Positions 1 to 9,900 of a stretch of DNA of 64,000 nt are shown piece after piece. The notes under the pieces were generated by a model. It searched no databases, was not told the origin of the DNA, and worked only from the letters and a program-made list of their open reading frames with translations. The number at the start of each line of letters is the position of its first letter. Position 1 is the first letter of the stretch. The stretch comes from a virus. The stretch is from positions 53,212 through 117,211 of IMG/VR virus record IMGVR_UViG_3300036790_000270; one strand, 5' to 3'. The position numbers were made by a program, and so were the translations under genes.

Positions 1-1123
1 CGGCCTCAACCAGACGGCAGCCGAGCAGCTGTGGACGGCGATGCACACCCTCGCCTCCGGCAGCCCTTACAACGCGAACGTCAACGCCACCATCGGCGCG
101 TCCGGTGAGGTATCGGTGCTGGAGGACATCGCCGCGCCCGGCGTCGCCGTGACCAAGAACATCCTCGGCGAGCTGACGTTCTCCGCGGCGGGCGGCATCA
201 TCAACGGCAAGGGCCCGTCCGGCAAGGATTCCACCCTGGTAATGGCGGCGCCTGGTGAGGCCATCATCCCGACGGCGCACGTGCCGAAGATCGCCGACAT
301 GGCGCGCAAGGCCTCCATTCCCGGTTTCACGGCCGGCGGCCTCGTTGCCGGCGCACCCGGGCTGGAAACCCAGCTCGGCCAGATCGTGCCGACGACGGCG
401 AAGGACGTGGGCAGCTACGCGCAGTCGGTTATCCAGGCGTTCGTCACCGGGGCGTCTAAGACCGCGGACGCGTCCGCCACGGCGATGCTGCCCACTGTCG
501 GCGCGCAGACGTCCACCCAGATCGTGTCAATCCTTGAGCAGGCGCTGAAGATCACCAACACGCCGCTGTCCTGGCTGCCCGCCCTGGAAACCCTGGTGAG
601 CAAGGAATCGTCCGGTAACGCGTCCGCGGTCGACCCGATCTCGGTTGACGGCCAGCACGCTACCGGCCTGTTCCAGACGCTGCCCAGCACTTTCGCGCAG
701 TACGCGATGCCCGGGTACGCCGCCGGCCCCACCAACGCGCTGGACGACGCGATCGCGGGCATCCGCTACATCAAGGCCGAGTACGGCACGCCCGCTGCCA
801 TCACCGGTATCGGCAAGCCCGGCACCTACGAGGGCTACAGCGCCGGCGGCATGGTCAACGAGCCGGTGTTCGGCTACGGGAAGTTCTCCGGGATGCCGTA
901 CTCATTCGCGGAGAACGGGCCCGAGCAGGTCATCCCCGGCGGCGCGGCCACTCAGTCGCAAGCAGGGCTCCCGGGGCTCACCATGTACCAGGGAAACACG
1001 CTCATTCAGCTGCTGCAACAGCAAAACAAGCTCCTCGGGCAAATGCCGTACACGCAAGCACAGGCGATCAACCAGGCCAATGCGACCGGCGTGCGCAGGG
1101 GATACTTTGCGACGAGTGGCTGA
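1..1123 (+). CDS. Tape measure protein, C-terminal part, with SLT/lytic transglycosylase domain (5' end lies outside the window)
   Basis: SLT motifs 'LVSKESSGN', 'ATGLFQ', 'AGIRYIKAEYG' and TMP-type 'GYSAGG...FAENGPEQVIP'; directly upstream of tail genes. Confidence 0.85.
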   Translation, partial: GLNQTAAEQLWTAMHTLASGSPYNANVNATIGASGEVSVLEDIAAPGVAVTKNILGELTFSAAGGIINGKGPSGKDSTLVMAAPGEAIIPTAHVPKIADMARKASIPGFTAGGLVAGAPGLETQLGQIVPTTAKDVGSYAQSVIQAFVTGASKTADASATAMLPTVGAQTSTQIVSILEQALKITNTPLSWLPALETLVSKESSGNASAVDPISVDGQHATGLFQTLPSTFAQYAMPGYAAGPTNALDDAIAGIRYIKAEYGTPAAITGIGKPGTYEGYSAGGMVNEPVFGYGKFSGMPYSFAENGPEQVIPGGAATQSQAGLPGLTMYQGNTLIQLLQQQNKLLGQMPYTQAQAINQANATGVRRGYFATSG

Positions 1124-1131
1124 CCGTCGCG

Positions 1132-1229
1132 GGCGCAGCTCCTGTGGGCCTCGTTACGAAGTTGGCCTGCGGCGGTCAGCTGCGAGCACTGCGGGCGTTG
1201 GCTGACTGGGTTTCGTTTCGAGAGTGGCC
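1132..1229 (-). repeat. Two solo TIGR-like units (1132-1167, 1194-1229)
   Basis: + strand GGCG-CAGCTCCTG-TGGGCCTCG-TTACGAAGT-TGGCC and GGCG-TTGGCTGAC-TGGGTTTCG-TTTCGAGAG-TGGCC; same geometry as the array at 41790-42434. Confidence 0.85.
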
Positions 1230-1341
1230 CGCGGTAGTCGCAACAGCTGAGTAGCGGCCGGTATTCCGCCCGTATAGGGTCAGCGTAGGGAGCGCTCGGC
1301 AGACCGCTGAGCTGGCCTGAGTCGTGTCGCGCGGAGGACGT

Positions 1342-4300
1342 GTGGCCGCCTACTCAGGCAGCTCGTACCCATACTGGCTGACGTTGCAGGGCAACGGCTC
1401 TGTCGCCAACGCCGGGGCGCAGTCGGAGAACATCCCGGTCACGCCAGGGACGGACTACGCGTTCACCGTCGTCGCGGCGTACTCGGGGTTCTTCTCGGGC
1501 GGCATCAAGCTGACGCTCGCCTGGTACGAGTCGGGCGGCACGCCGATCAGCTCGGTGACCGCCACCAGCGGCGCGATGGCCCCCAACGAGCTGGTTGAAG
1601 TTGCCACCGCCTCGACGGCCGCGCCCAGCCTCGCGTCTTACGCGATCGCGACTGTCGCCCAGGACGGGCTGCCCGGGGCGTCTAACGTCCTGTCGGTCTT
1701 CGCCGCCACGGTTACCCCGGCGGCCTCGATCCCGGTCAACATCAACTACGCCTTCACCTGGACGTTCTGGCCCTGGGAAGGAGTTAACGACGCGACGCTG
1801 GGCTGGCAGGCGGACCAGTTCCTGGTCGACAACAACGACTCGCTGGTGCTGTCCGGGGTCATTGAGCTGATGGGCGGCGCGGGCGGCGTTGAGTGCACGG
1901 CGATCCCCGAGCTGCTGGACGCCAACGGGGTCGGCCCGCGGTACCGCATCCTGGCGGCGCCGTCGCTGAACACCGCAGCGTACGGCTATGAGGCGTCTTA
2001 CGACATGAACGCCCCGCAGCCGACCCAGGACGTCGTCGCGTCGATGCTGCTGGACGGGGAGCGGCCGTTCGGCACCCGGGCGTCCAACCGGACGATCTCG
2101 CTGCCCATCATTATCTTCGGCACGCTCAACGGCGGCATGAAGCAGGTGCTGGCGGCCCGCGAGTACCTGATGAGCCTGATCGACCAGCAGGTCTGGCAGA
2201 TTACCTGGACCTCGTCCGGCAGCGGCCTGCCGATGCTGTACGACTGCTTCCGGGCGCTGCCGTCGATCCCGCTGTACGGCTTCAACTACTCCTCCGGCGG
2301 CTCGGCGGTCGGGTCGGCGGCGGCTGCCACCCACGGCGGCGCGCTCGGGCGGCCCAACTACCCGATCGCCATGATCACCGTCACCCTCCAGGCGCTGCCT
2401 TACGGCCGCAGTGACATTGACGGCATCCAGAACCTGGCGATCGCCAACAGCCTGATCAACTCCCCGGTGCCGCCGGGCAGCCAGGGCGTCGACAACTTCT
2501 CCTCGGTCACCGGCGGCCAGGGCTGGGTGCAGGACGACACCAAGTTCGTGCAGGGCGGTACCGCGTCCATCCGCTACGACGCGCCCGTGCCGGTCAGCTC
2601 GCCGTACCCGGCCGCCATTTACGCGCATAGCCTGTCCGCACCGGTCAGCGTCATCGGGCTGCCCGCCATAGCGGTCTGGCTGGGGCAGGCCTACGACACC
2701 CAGTGGGCGCCGTCCCCGTCGTTCGTCTCTAACGTCACCCTCGCCTGGACGCTGACCGACGGCCTGGGCCGCACCCTGTCGTTTTCGGCGACGCAGAATG
2801 CGGCACCCTGGGGGGCGCTGCCGTCCACCCCGCAGTGGACGCTGGTCAGCGCGCCGATCCCGCAGGCAAGCGCCAGCTTCTCCTACGGGGACGTCACCGG
2901 CTACTCCGTCGTCGTCACCAACTGGGCGGGCTCCGGCAACACGGGGCTCGTGCGGATGCACGCGTGGCTGAACGACCTGGTCGCCGTGCCGCAGACGGTG
3001 GCTAACCAGCCGTCCCCGCGCGGGGTGCTCTACAACCTGTTCTCGCTGCCCGGCAGCGCCCGCGCCCCCATCAACGTGCAGTGCCAGCTGCCCGCTACCG
3101 CGCCGGTCGTGCAGGAGATCACCACCCCGGCCTCCGGCAGCTGGATCGTGCCGCCGTCGGTCTACCAGCTTGAGGCGGAAGCCTGGGGGGGCGGCGGCGG
3201 CGGGGCGACCGTCAACCAGGCACGGCCGACCGCGGGCGCCGGCGGGGGCGGCGGCGAGTACGCGGCTGAGCCCCTGCTGAACGTGATCCCCGGTGCCGTC
3301 GTCCCTTACAGCCTCGGCTCGGGCGGTACGCCGTCCCAGGTGCAGGACACCGTCATCGACATCACGACGCCCGGCGCGCACAGCTGGCTCTGCCCGCCGA
3401 ACGTCACCTCCCTGCTGGTGGAGTGCTGGGGCGGCGGCGGGGCGGGCGCGGCCGGGTCGGGCGGCGGCGGGGCGGGCGGCTACTCGTCCTCCACGGTCAC
3501 CGTCGTGCCCGGCCAGTCGTACAACCTGTCGGTCGGCGCGGGCGGCACCGCTAACTCGGGGACCACGTCGGCGGATAACGCGGCCCGTAACGGCGCGGCA
3601 ACCTGGTTCGGCAACTCCAGTGCCACCGGGATCAGCAACGCCCTGGTCGCCGCGTCTGGCGGTACTTCCCCGACCACCGGCAGCACCTCGGGCGGCTCCG
3701 GCGGCAGCAACTCCGGCTGCCCCGGCACCACGCAGTACCCCGGCGGCAACGGCGGCTGGGCCCCGGGCGGCGGCGGGGGCGGCGGCGGCGGGTGCGCGGG
3801 GCACAGCGGTCGCGGCGGCCACGGCCGGGCGCCTGCCTCCAACGGGTTCGGCGCGGTGTGGTGCGGCTCCGGTTCCGGCGGCTCCGGCAGCGGCCAGGGC
3901 GGTAACGGCGGTAACGGCTCGTCCTGCCCGGGTACCCCGTCGGGCGGTTTCTTCCCCGGTGGCGGCGGCGGCGGCGGTTTCTGCGGCACCTACTTCCAGT
4001 ACGCGGCGCAGCCTGTGCAGGCGACTCCCGGTACCGCCCAGGTCAACTACATGGGTGCTAACGGCGCCAACGGCATGGTGCAGCTGACTTACGCCATCGG
4101 CAACGGCATCGCGGTCAACGGCGGGGCCACCATCTTCGGGTCGGCCGGCACGACGGGCACCGTGGTTACCGCCAACGGCGGCGCGAGCGCGGCCCTGAAC
4201 TCGGTGACCGGCGCGGCGGGCGGCTCGGGCAGTGCTAACACGGTGCACGAGAGCGGCGGCGCGGGCGGCCTTAACACCTCCGGCACCTACGGCAGCTGGA

Positions 4301-6603
4301 TGCTCGGCCCGTCGGTCAGCAACCTGTTCCAGACGCTGAGCTCGTTCACCTACAGCGCGGGCAGCCACACCTCCGCGGCGGCCAGCAGCTCCTGCGCGCA
4401 GGGCGGCGGCGTCGTGCTCATTGAGTCGGCTGCTCCCGTCTTCGACCTGGTGGTCACGGACTCCGCGGGCAACACCTACGTCAACCAGCAGCAGCAGGGC
4501 GGCGGCAGCGGCGGGGCGACCGGCTGCATCTACGTTTTCAGCACCCCGCTGGCCTTCCCGGTTACTACCAGCACCACCCTGACCGTCACCTCGGCGACCA
4601 GCCAGGAGTACGGCGCCATCTGGTACGCCTCGCCGTGGATCACCGACGCCACCGGCTCCAACAACGGGCAGGGCAACGGCACCGGGACCGCGGTCAGCGG
4701 CCAGTTCGGCACTGCCGACAACGTGTCCGCGCAGTATGAGCTGGTGCTCGCGTTCAACGCCACCAATCAGACCTTCGGGACCCCCACTTACGGCGGCAAG
4801 CTCTGGTACGCACCCGGCTCGACCAGCTCCCTGGTGGCGGGCGGCAGCCTGTCCATGCAGGCGTACGTGGGACTGAACTCCGGCGGCGGCACCGGCTCGG
4901 CTAACGGGGACGCCTTCGCGCAGGCCATCGGCGGCAGCTCCTCCTGGGCGGTGCTGTGCATCCCGCTCATGGCGGCCAGTCAGCAGGCGTACGCGCCGCA
5001 GCTCGACTGGCGGGCCGGCACCACCCCGGGAGCGTCGACCACCTGGGGCACTGACTGCTCCATCTCGGCGGAGGGCATGATCGCCGTCGTCGGGATGGCC
5101 GGGTCCGGCAGCGGCATCACGGCGGGGCCGTCCGCGTTCAGTGACCAGGGCGGCAACGTCTACACGGTGCAGAACACGACGGTGCTGCCGTCTAGCGGCG
5201 GGGTGATGTTCCTGGCGACCGCGCCGGTCACCGCGGCGATGACGCAGGGCGCGTCGGGCACGGTCAGCTGGGGGCACGCGTCGGCCGCGCCCAACTACTG
5301 GACGGCCGCCTACTGGATTCCGAACGCCACCGGCCTGGACGGGGTCTCTGCGGTGACCGGCAGCAGCGGTACGCCGTCGGGGGTCTACGCGCCGTCTGCC
5401 AGCAACGACATGACCCTGGCGGTGCTCGGGAACGCGGTGAGCGTTACGGCGTCAGGCACGATGGCCGCGCCGTGGAACTACCTGGACGCCAATAGCCAGG
5501 CGTACCTGTCGGGGCAGACGTGGGCCTGCCAGGTGACTGACCGGACGGCGGTTACCGCCGCCACGACGATGACCTCCGACCCGTGGGCGATGCTCCTGGC
5601 CGGGTTCACGATGAACGTGCGGGCAGGCGGCGGCGGCGCAGCCGGGGGTCCTGGTAACACGGGCTACCCGTCGACCTTCTACGGCGGCGGTCCGGGTTAC
5701 GCGGGCGGCGGCAAGGGCGGCCTGGGCGCGCAGTCCCTTAATACCAACGGCGGCGGCGCGTCACTGCCCGGCGGCGGGGGCGGCGGCTCCTACGGGGCGA
5801 CCACCACCTCGATCGAGGGCGGGCAGGGCGGGCAGGGCGCCGCGCGGATCACCTACTCGCCGCCGCTCACCCCGTTTAACACGCTGATCGTGCACCGGCC
5901 GGGGACGACCGCGAGCAAGAACCTGAACCCGCTGTGCCCGATCCCGATCACCGACGTGCCGAACAACACCGAGTACACGGTGACCAATGCGGTGCAGGCG
6001 TCGATCCCGGCGGCGTTCAACAGCACCTACACCGTCATCCTGGTCAACCACGCCTGGGACTCGGCCACCCTCGGTACCGCGCGGACGATCACCGTGACGA
6101 TCTCCCAGTACGAGTACCCGGGCGGCCCGGCCTCGTCAGTGCAGGTCAGTCGCGCCGTGACGCCCTCAACTGACGTGGTCAACGGAATTCTCAACATGGG
6201 CGAAGTCACCTTGCCGGTCAAGGATTACGCCAAGTTCAATAACCAGGCGTACTTCACGGTGAGTATCAACGACACTGACGCCAGCGACCGGTTCATGGAC
6301 GTCCTGTTCCTGGACACCACCGGGCAGACCGTCCTGCTGAACATCGACCCGAGCCAGCCTGGCTACAACACCTACGTCAACTTCTACATTGACGAGCCGA
6401 CCGCCGACCGCGACCTCGGCTTCATCGGCGGCACCTGCCAGGACCGGCAGCACAACGTCTCGCTGATGGAGTACACCTTCGTCTCCGGCGGCCCGCTGTA
6501 CATCGGCGCGGGTGACAACCTGCTGCTCACCTACAGCCCAAGTGGCGCGCCGAGTCTCGGGCTGAGTTATAGCCCGCGCTGGTACCTAGACAGGATTGTC
6601 TAG
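1342..6603 (+). CDS. Large Gly-rich minor tail protein (distal-tail/fibre-like, possible N-terminal carbohydrate-binding module)
   Basis: ~1750-aa ORF after the TMP; GGAGGA RBS before GTG 1342; repeated 'VE(A/C)WGGGGGG' Gly-rich domains. Confidence 0.8.
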   Translation: MAAYSGSSYPYWLTLQGNGSVANAGAQSENIPVTPGTDYAFTVVAAYSGFFSGGIKLTLAWYESGGTPISSVTATSGAMAPNELVEVATASTAAPSLASYAIATVAQDGLPGASNVLSVFAATVTPAASIPVNINYAFTWTFWPWEGVNDATLGWQADQFLVDNNDSLVLSGVIELMGGAGGVECTAIPELLDANGVGPRYRILAAPSLNTAAYGYEASYDMNAPQPTQDVVASMLLDGERPFGTRASNRTISLPIIIFGTLNGGMKQVLAAREYLMSLIDQQVWQITWTSSGSGLPMLYDCFRALPSIPLYGFNYSSGGSAVGSAAAATHGGALGRPNYPIAMITVTLQALPYGRSDIDGIQNLAIANSLINSPVPPGSQGVDNFSSVTGGQGWVQDDTKFVQGGTASIRYDAPVPVSSPYPAAIYAHSLSAPVSVIGLPAIAVWLGQAYDTQWAPSPSFVSNVTLAWTLTDGLGRTLSFSATQNAAPWGALPSTPQWTLVSAPIPQASASFSYGDVTGYSVVVTNWAGSGNTGLVRMHAWLNDLVAVPQTVANQPSPRGVLYNLFSLPGSARAPINVQCQLPATAPVVQEITTPASGSWIVPPSVYQLEAEAWGGGGGGATVNQARPTAGAGGGGGEYAAEPLLNVIPGAVVPYSLGSGGTPSQVQDTVIDITTPGAHSWLCPPNVTSLLVECWGGGGAGAAGSGGGGAGGYSSSTVTVVPGQSYNLSVGAGGTANSGTTSADNAARNGAATWFGNSSATGISNALVAASGGTSPTTGSTSGGSGGSNSGCPGTTQYPGGNGGWAPGGGGGGGGGCAGHSGRGGHGRAPASNGFGAVWCGSGSGGSGSGQGGNGGNGSSCPGTPSGGFFPGGGGGGGFCGTYFQYAAQPVQATPGTAQVNYMGANGANGMVQLTYAIGNGIAVNGGATIFGSAGTTGTVVTANGGASAALNSVTGAAGGSGSANTVHESGGAGGLNTSGTYGSWMLGPSVSNLFQTLSSFTYSAGSHTSAAASSSCAQGGGVVLIESAAPVFDLVVTDSAGNTYVNQQQQGGGSGGATGCIYVFSTPLAFPVTTSTTLTVTSATSQEYGAIWYASPWITDATGSNNGQGNGTGTAVSGQFGTADNVSAQYELVLAFNATNQTFGTPTYGGKLWYAPGSTSSLVAGGSLSMQAYVGLNSGGGTGSANGDAFAQAIGGSSSWAVLCIPLMAASQQAYAPQLDWRAGTTPGASTTWGTDCSISAEGMIAVVGMAGSGSGITAGPSAFSDQGGNVYTVQNTTVLPSSGGVMFLATAPVTAAMTQGASGTVSWGHASAAPNYWTAAYWIPNATGLDGVSAVTGSSGTPSGVYAPSASNDMTLAVLGNAVSVTASGTMAAPWNYLDANSQAYLSGQTWACQVTDRTAVTAATTMTSDPWAMLLAGFTMNVRAGGGGAAGGPGNTGYPSTFYGGGPGYAGGGKGGLGAQSLNTNGGGASLPGGGGGGSYGATTTSIEGGQGGQGAARITYSPPLTPFNTLIVHRPGTTASKNLNPLCPIPITDVPNNTEYTVTNAVQASIPAAFNSTYTVILVNHAWDSATLGTARTITVTISQYEYPGGPASSVQVSRAVTPSTDVVNGILNMGEVTLPVKDYAKFNNQAYFTVSINDTDASDRFMDVLFLDTTGQTVLLNIDPSQPGYNTYVNFYIDEPTADRDLGFIGGTCQDRQHNVSLMEYTFVSGGPLYIGAGDNLLLTYSPSGAPSLGLSYSPRWYLDRIV

Positions 6604-6947
6604 TGCGCGGCCTTTCCCCAGCGCCCCGGTGGCTTCTGCTTCCGCCACACCAGGTTGCCCGGCGAGGCGTCCAGCTTGCCCCCGGGCCCGTGCCCTGCCT
6701 CGTACCCGGGGGGCCGGGGACGGTCAAAAGCCTCCAGCACCAGGTGGTGAACGTAGCGCCGGAGCATCGTGCCGTTCCGGTACAGCCGGACCTCGGGGTA
6801 CCCGTCGTTCTCCCGGATGTACCAGTTCATCAGCTTGCCGCCGCGAACTCCCCGGAGGGTTTTCCGCGGCAGGGAGCGCACGCTGCCCAGGCTGCTGACC
6901 TCGTACAGGCCCTCCCAGCCGTACACCGGCCGCCACTCTTCGTCCAT
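6600..6947 (-). CDS. NUMOD4-HNH homing endonuclease (possibly degenerate)
   Basis: 'EEWRPVYGWEGLYEVSSLGSVRS' NUMOD4 motif; 'YVHHLVLEAF...AGH...NLVW' HNH-like. Confidence 0.85.
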   Translation of the reverse strand: MDEEWRPVYGWEGLYEVSSLGSVRSLPRKTLRGVRGGKLMNWYIRENDGYPEVRLYRNGTMLRRYVHHLVLEAFDRPRPPGYEAGHGPGGKLDASPGNLVWRKQKPPGRWGKAAH

Positions 6948-6994
6948 GCAGGACGTAACTGCCCGCGTGCCGGGTGTATTCCGGGTGGTGAGAC

Positions 6995-9900
6995 GTGACC
7001 GCGACCCCCCCGAAGCCGAGCCTGGTCAAGACCACCGCGCTGTCGATGGCGCAGGCGGTGACCGACCGGCTGACCGCGCTGCTGCCGACGGTACCGAGCG
7101 CCGAGTCGCCGGTAACCGTCTACCAGGCGGGCACCCTGGGCGTCGGCGGCCAGCTGAACGCGCCCACCTCGGTCTTCCCCGCGGGCGCCGGCTACTACGG
7201 GGTGTGGACCGCACCGGACCTGAACGACGGCAACGCCTACACGGTGCAGGTGGAGTGCTTCGGCGGCGGCGGGGGCGGCGGCGGCGGCTCGACCACGACC
7301 GGCGGGGGCGGCGGCGGCGGGGCGGAGTACGCCAGGGAAACCTACTACCCGGTCAAGCCCGGCGCGGACTACGTGTGGACGGTCGGGGTGCCGGGCAGCG
7401 CGGGCACCGCCAACAGCGACAACAACCAGGGCGGGACCGCGGGCGGCAGCGGCGGCGACACGGTCTTCGACATCGCCGGGAGCGGGGTGGCGGGCGGCAT
7501 CACGGCGCACGGCGGCCAGGGCGGTGACGTCGGTAACACCGGGATCGGCGGGACGGCCGGGTCGGGCAGTATCAACACCACCGAGTTCAGCGGCGGCGCC
7601 GGAGGTACCAATCTTCCCGGTTCTGGCGGCGGCGGGTCCGGCGGCCAGGGCGGTACCGACAATCCCGTTAGCCTGAACCAGGGAGGCATGCTGAGCGCGC
7701 CGCCGCTCGCCTGGCTGGTGCTGAACGACGCCTCCTCCAACGGCCAGCTGAACGACAACAGCGGGAACAACAACACCGGCGCGGTCGGCAACCCGGGCGG
7801 CGGCAGCGGCGGCTTCACCTATGCCCAGCCGGGCGCGCCTGCCCAGGTGCCCGCCTACTCCAACGGCGCGAGCCCGCCGAGCTCACCCAACCCGAGCGCC
7901 GCCGGGGACCAGCTGCGCTTCACGCTCAGCTCGCTGACCTCACCGTCGGCGTACTTCTACACGCCCGGCTACAGCGCCAACGGGTCGCAGTTCACCGTCT
8001 CCGGCTGGTTCACCCCCGACCCGACCGGCACCTGGGGCAACACCGCGACCGGCTCACGGGCCGTGCTGGTCGGCAACAACGCGGGCTACGCGACCGCCAG
8101 CCGGGCCGGGGTCACCTTGTACCTGGTGAACAACGGGACGCCTGCCAACCAGAGCTGGCAGCTGGTCTACTACTGCTCCGACTTCTACAACTACCAGACG
8201 GTCAGCACACCGCTGAAGCCGGTGGCGGGCACCGCGGTCTACATCGTCGCGACCTTTAGCTCCGGCACCATGAAGCTGTACGTCAACGGGACGCTCGCCG
8301 GCAGCGCCAGCGCTGGCTTCAGCAGCATTCCCGGCTGGCCGACCACGCCGTACTCGATGCTGGCGGGCGCCAACCCGACCCTGACCGGCGACTGGTTCTT
8401 CGGCTTCATGAGCAACCTCTGGTTCGCTGACGGGGTGCTGAACGCGGCGGGAGTCAGCCAGGCGTACGCTGGCTCGGGCGGCAGCTCCACCGAGGGCGGT
8501 GCGGGCGGCGGCGCATCGGGCGGGCCCGCTGCCAACGGGGGCGCGGGGGCTGCTGGCAGCGGGTCCTCCGGCGGGGCAGGCGGTACCCCGGCAACGCAGC
8601 CCGCAACCTCGATCGGGCTGAACACCCCGGCGTCGGCTGGCATCGCGGGCGCGGCCGGCAGCTCCGGCAACTCCGGCATCACCGGCGCGGCCGGCGCGGG
8701 CGGCGGCGGGGCAGGCTCCAGCTCAGCGCCCCCGGTGATCACCACCGTGCAGGTCCCGTTCGTCACCGCGGCTTCCTACTGCGGGACGGACGCGGGCGGC
8801 GGCGCGGCGGGCGCGGTCTACAACCCGGTCATCCAGGGCACCACGGGGCGGCTGTTCACCGGCGGCCTGGCCAGCGACACCGCCAGCGGCTCAAAGAACT
8901 CGCTGCTGGTCCTGCCGCCCAACCTGGCGGCCAGCCTCGCCAGCGGCAGCTACACGGTACTGCGGGTCACCCTCACCGTCACCAATGCCAACACCCAGGG
9001 CAGTCAGGCGGCGCTGATGCAAGTCGGCTGGAGCGCTGACACGTTCCTGCCGATCACCTATGAGGCCGGCGACATTGCCGGGTCTGCCGGGGTGATGGAG
9101 ATCCCGGCCGGGGCGTACACGGTGACCGCGGACCTCACTGAGTCCCAGCTGGGGCTCTACCTGCAGAACGGCGGCGCGACCGCCCTGGTGCTCGGGCCGG
9201 GCAGTACCCCCACCTTCGCTGCCTACAGCGCGGACACAGCGGCTGACTTTTACACCGCGGTCTACGGGCCGGGTGCCACTGATAACGCGGGAAACTCCCT
9301 GCAGCCCTACCTGACCGTCACCTACGCGCAGGCGACCACCGTCCAGCAGGGCTCCCCGGGCGGGGCCGGCGCCATCCTGCTGACCTACCTGAACCAGGCG
9401 CAGACCCTTGTCGGCACCTGGAACTCCACTGACGGGATCAATGCCAGCGGCGGCCAGCTGACTGAGACGACCGTTGTCCTCGGCTCGACGATCACCGACG
9501 CGGCCCTCGACGGCGCCCGCACGCTGAACCGCGGTGACGCCCGGCGCAGCATGCGGGCAGCTCGGGCACGGGGCCGGGCACTGGGGGCTCGCCCCGGCCG
9601 CCGCCTCGGCGCTGTTCCCGGGGCGCCGGGCACCATCCTCGGTTACACCGCTGGCACCACTACGGTTACCCAGGCGACCGCCGGAAGTTACACGTTCACC
9701 GTGCCCGCGGACGTCACCTCCCTGAACGTGCAGTGCTGGGGCGGCGGCGGCGGTGGCACGGGCGGCAGCAACACGCAGGGGCAGGCAGGCGGCGGCGGCG
9801 GGGGGTACGCCGGGGAACCGAACTACGTGGTCAGCCCGGGGGACGTCATCAGTTACGTCGTCGGGGCGGCCGGCGCGGGCGACCACGTCGGGACTTCCAC

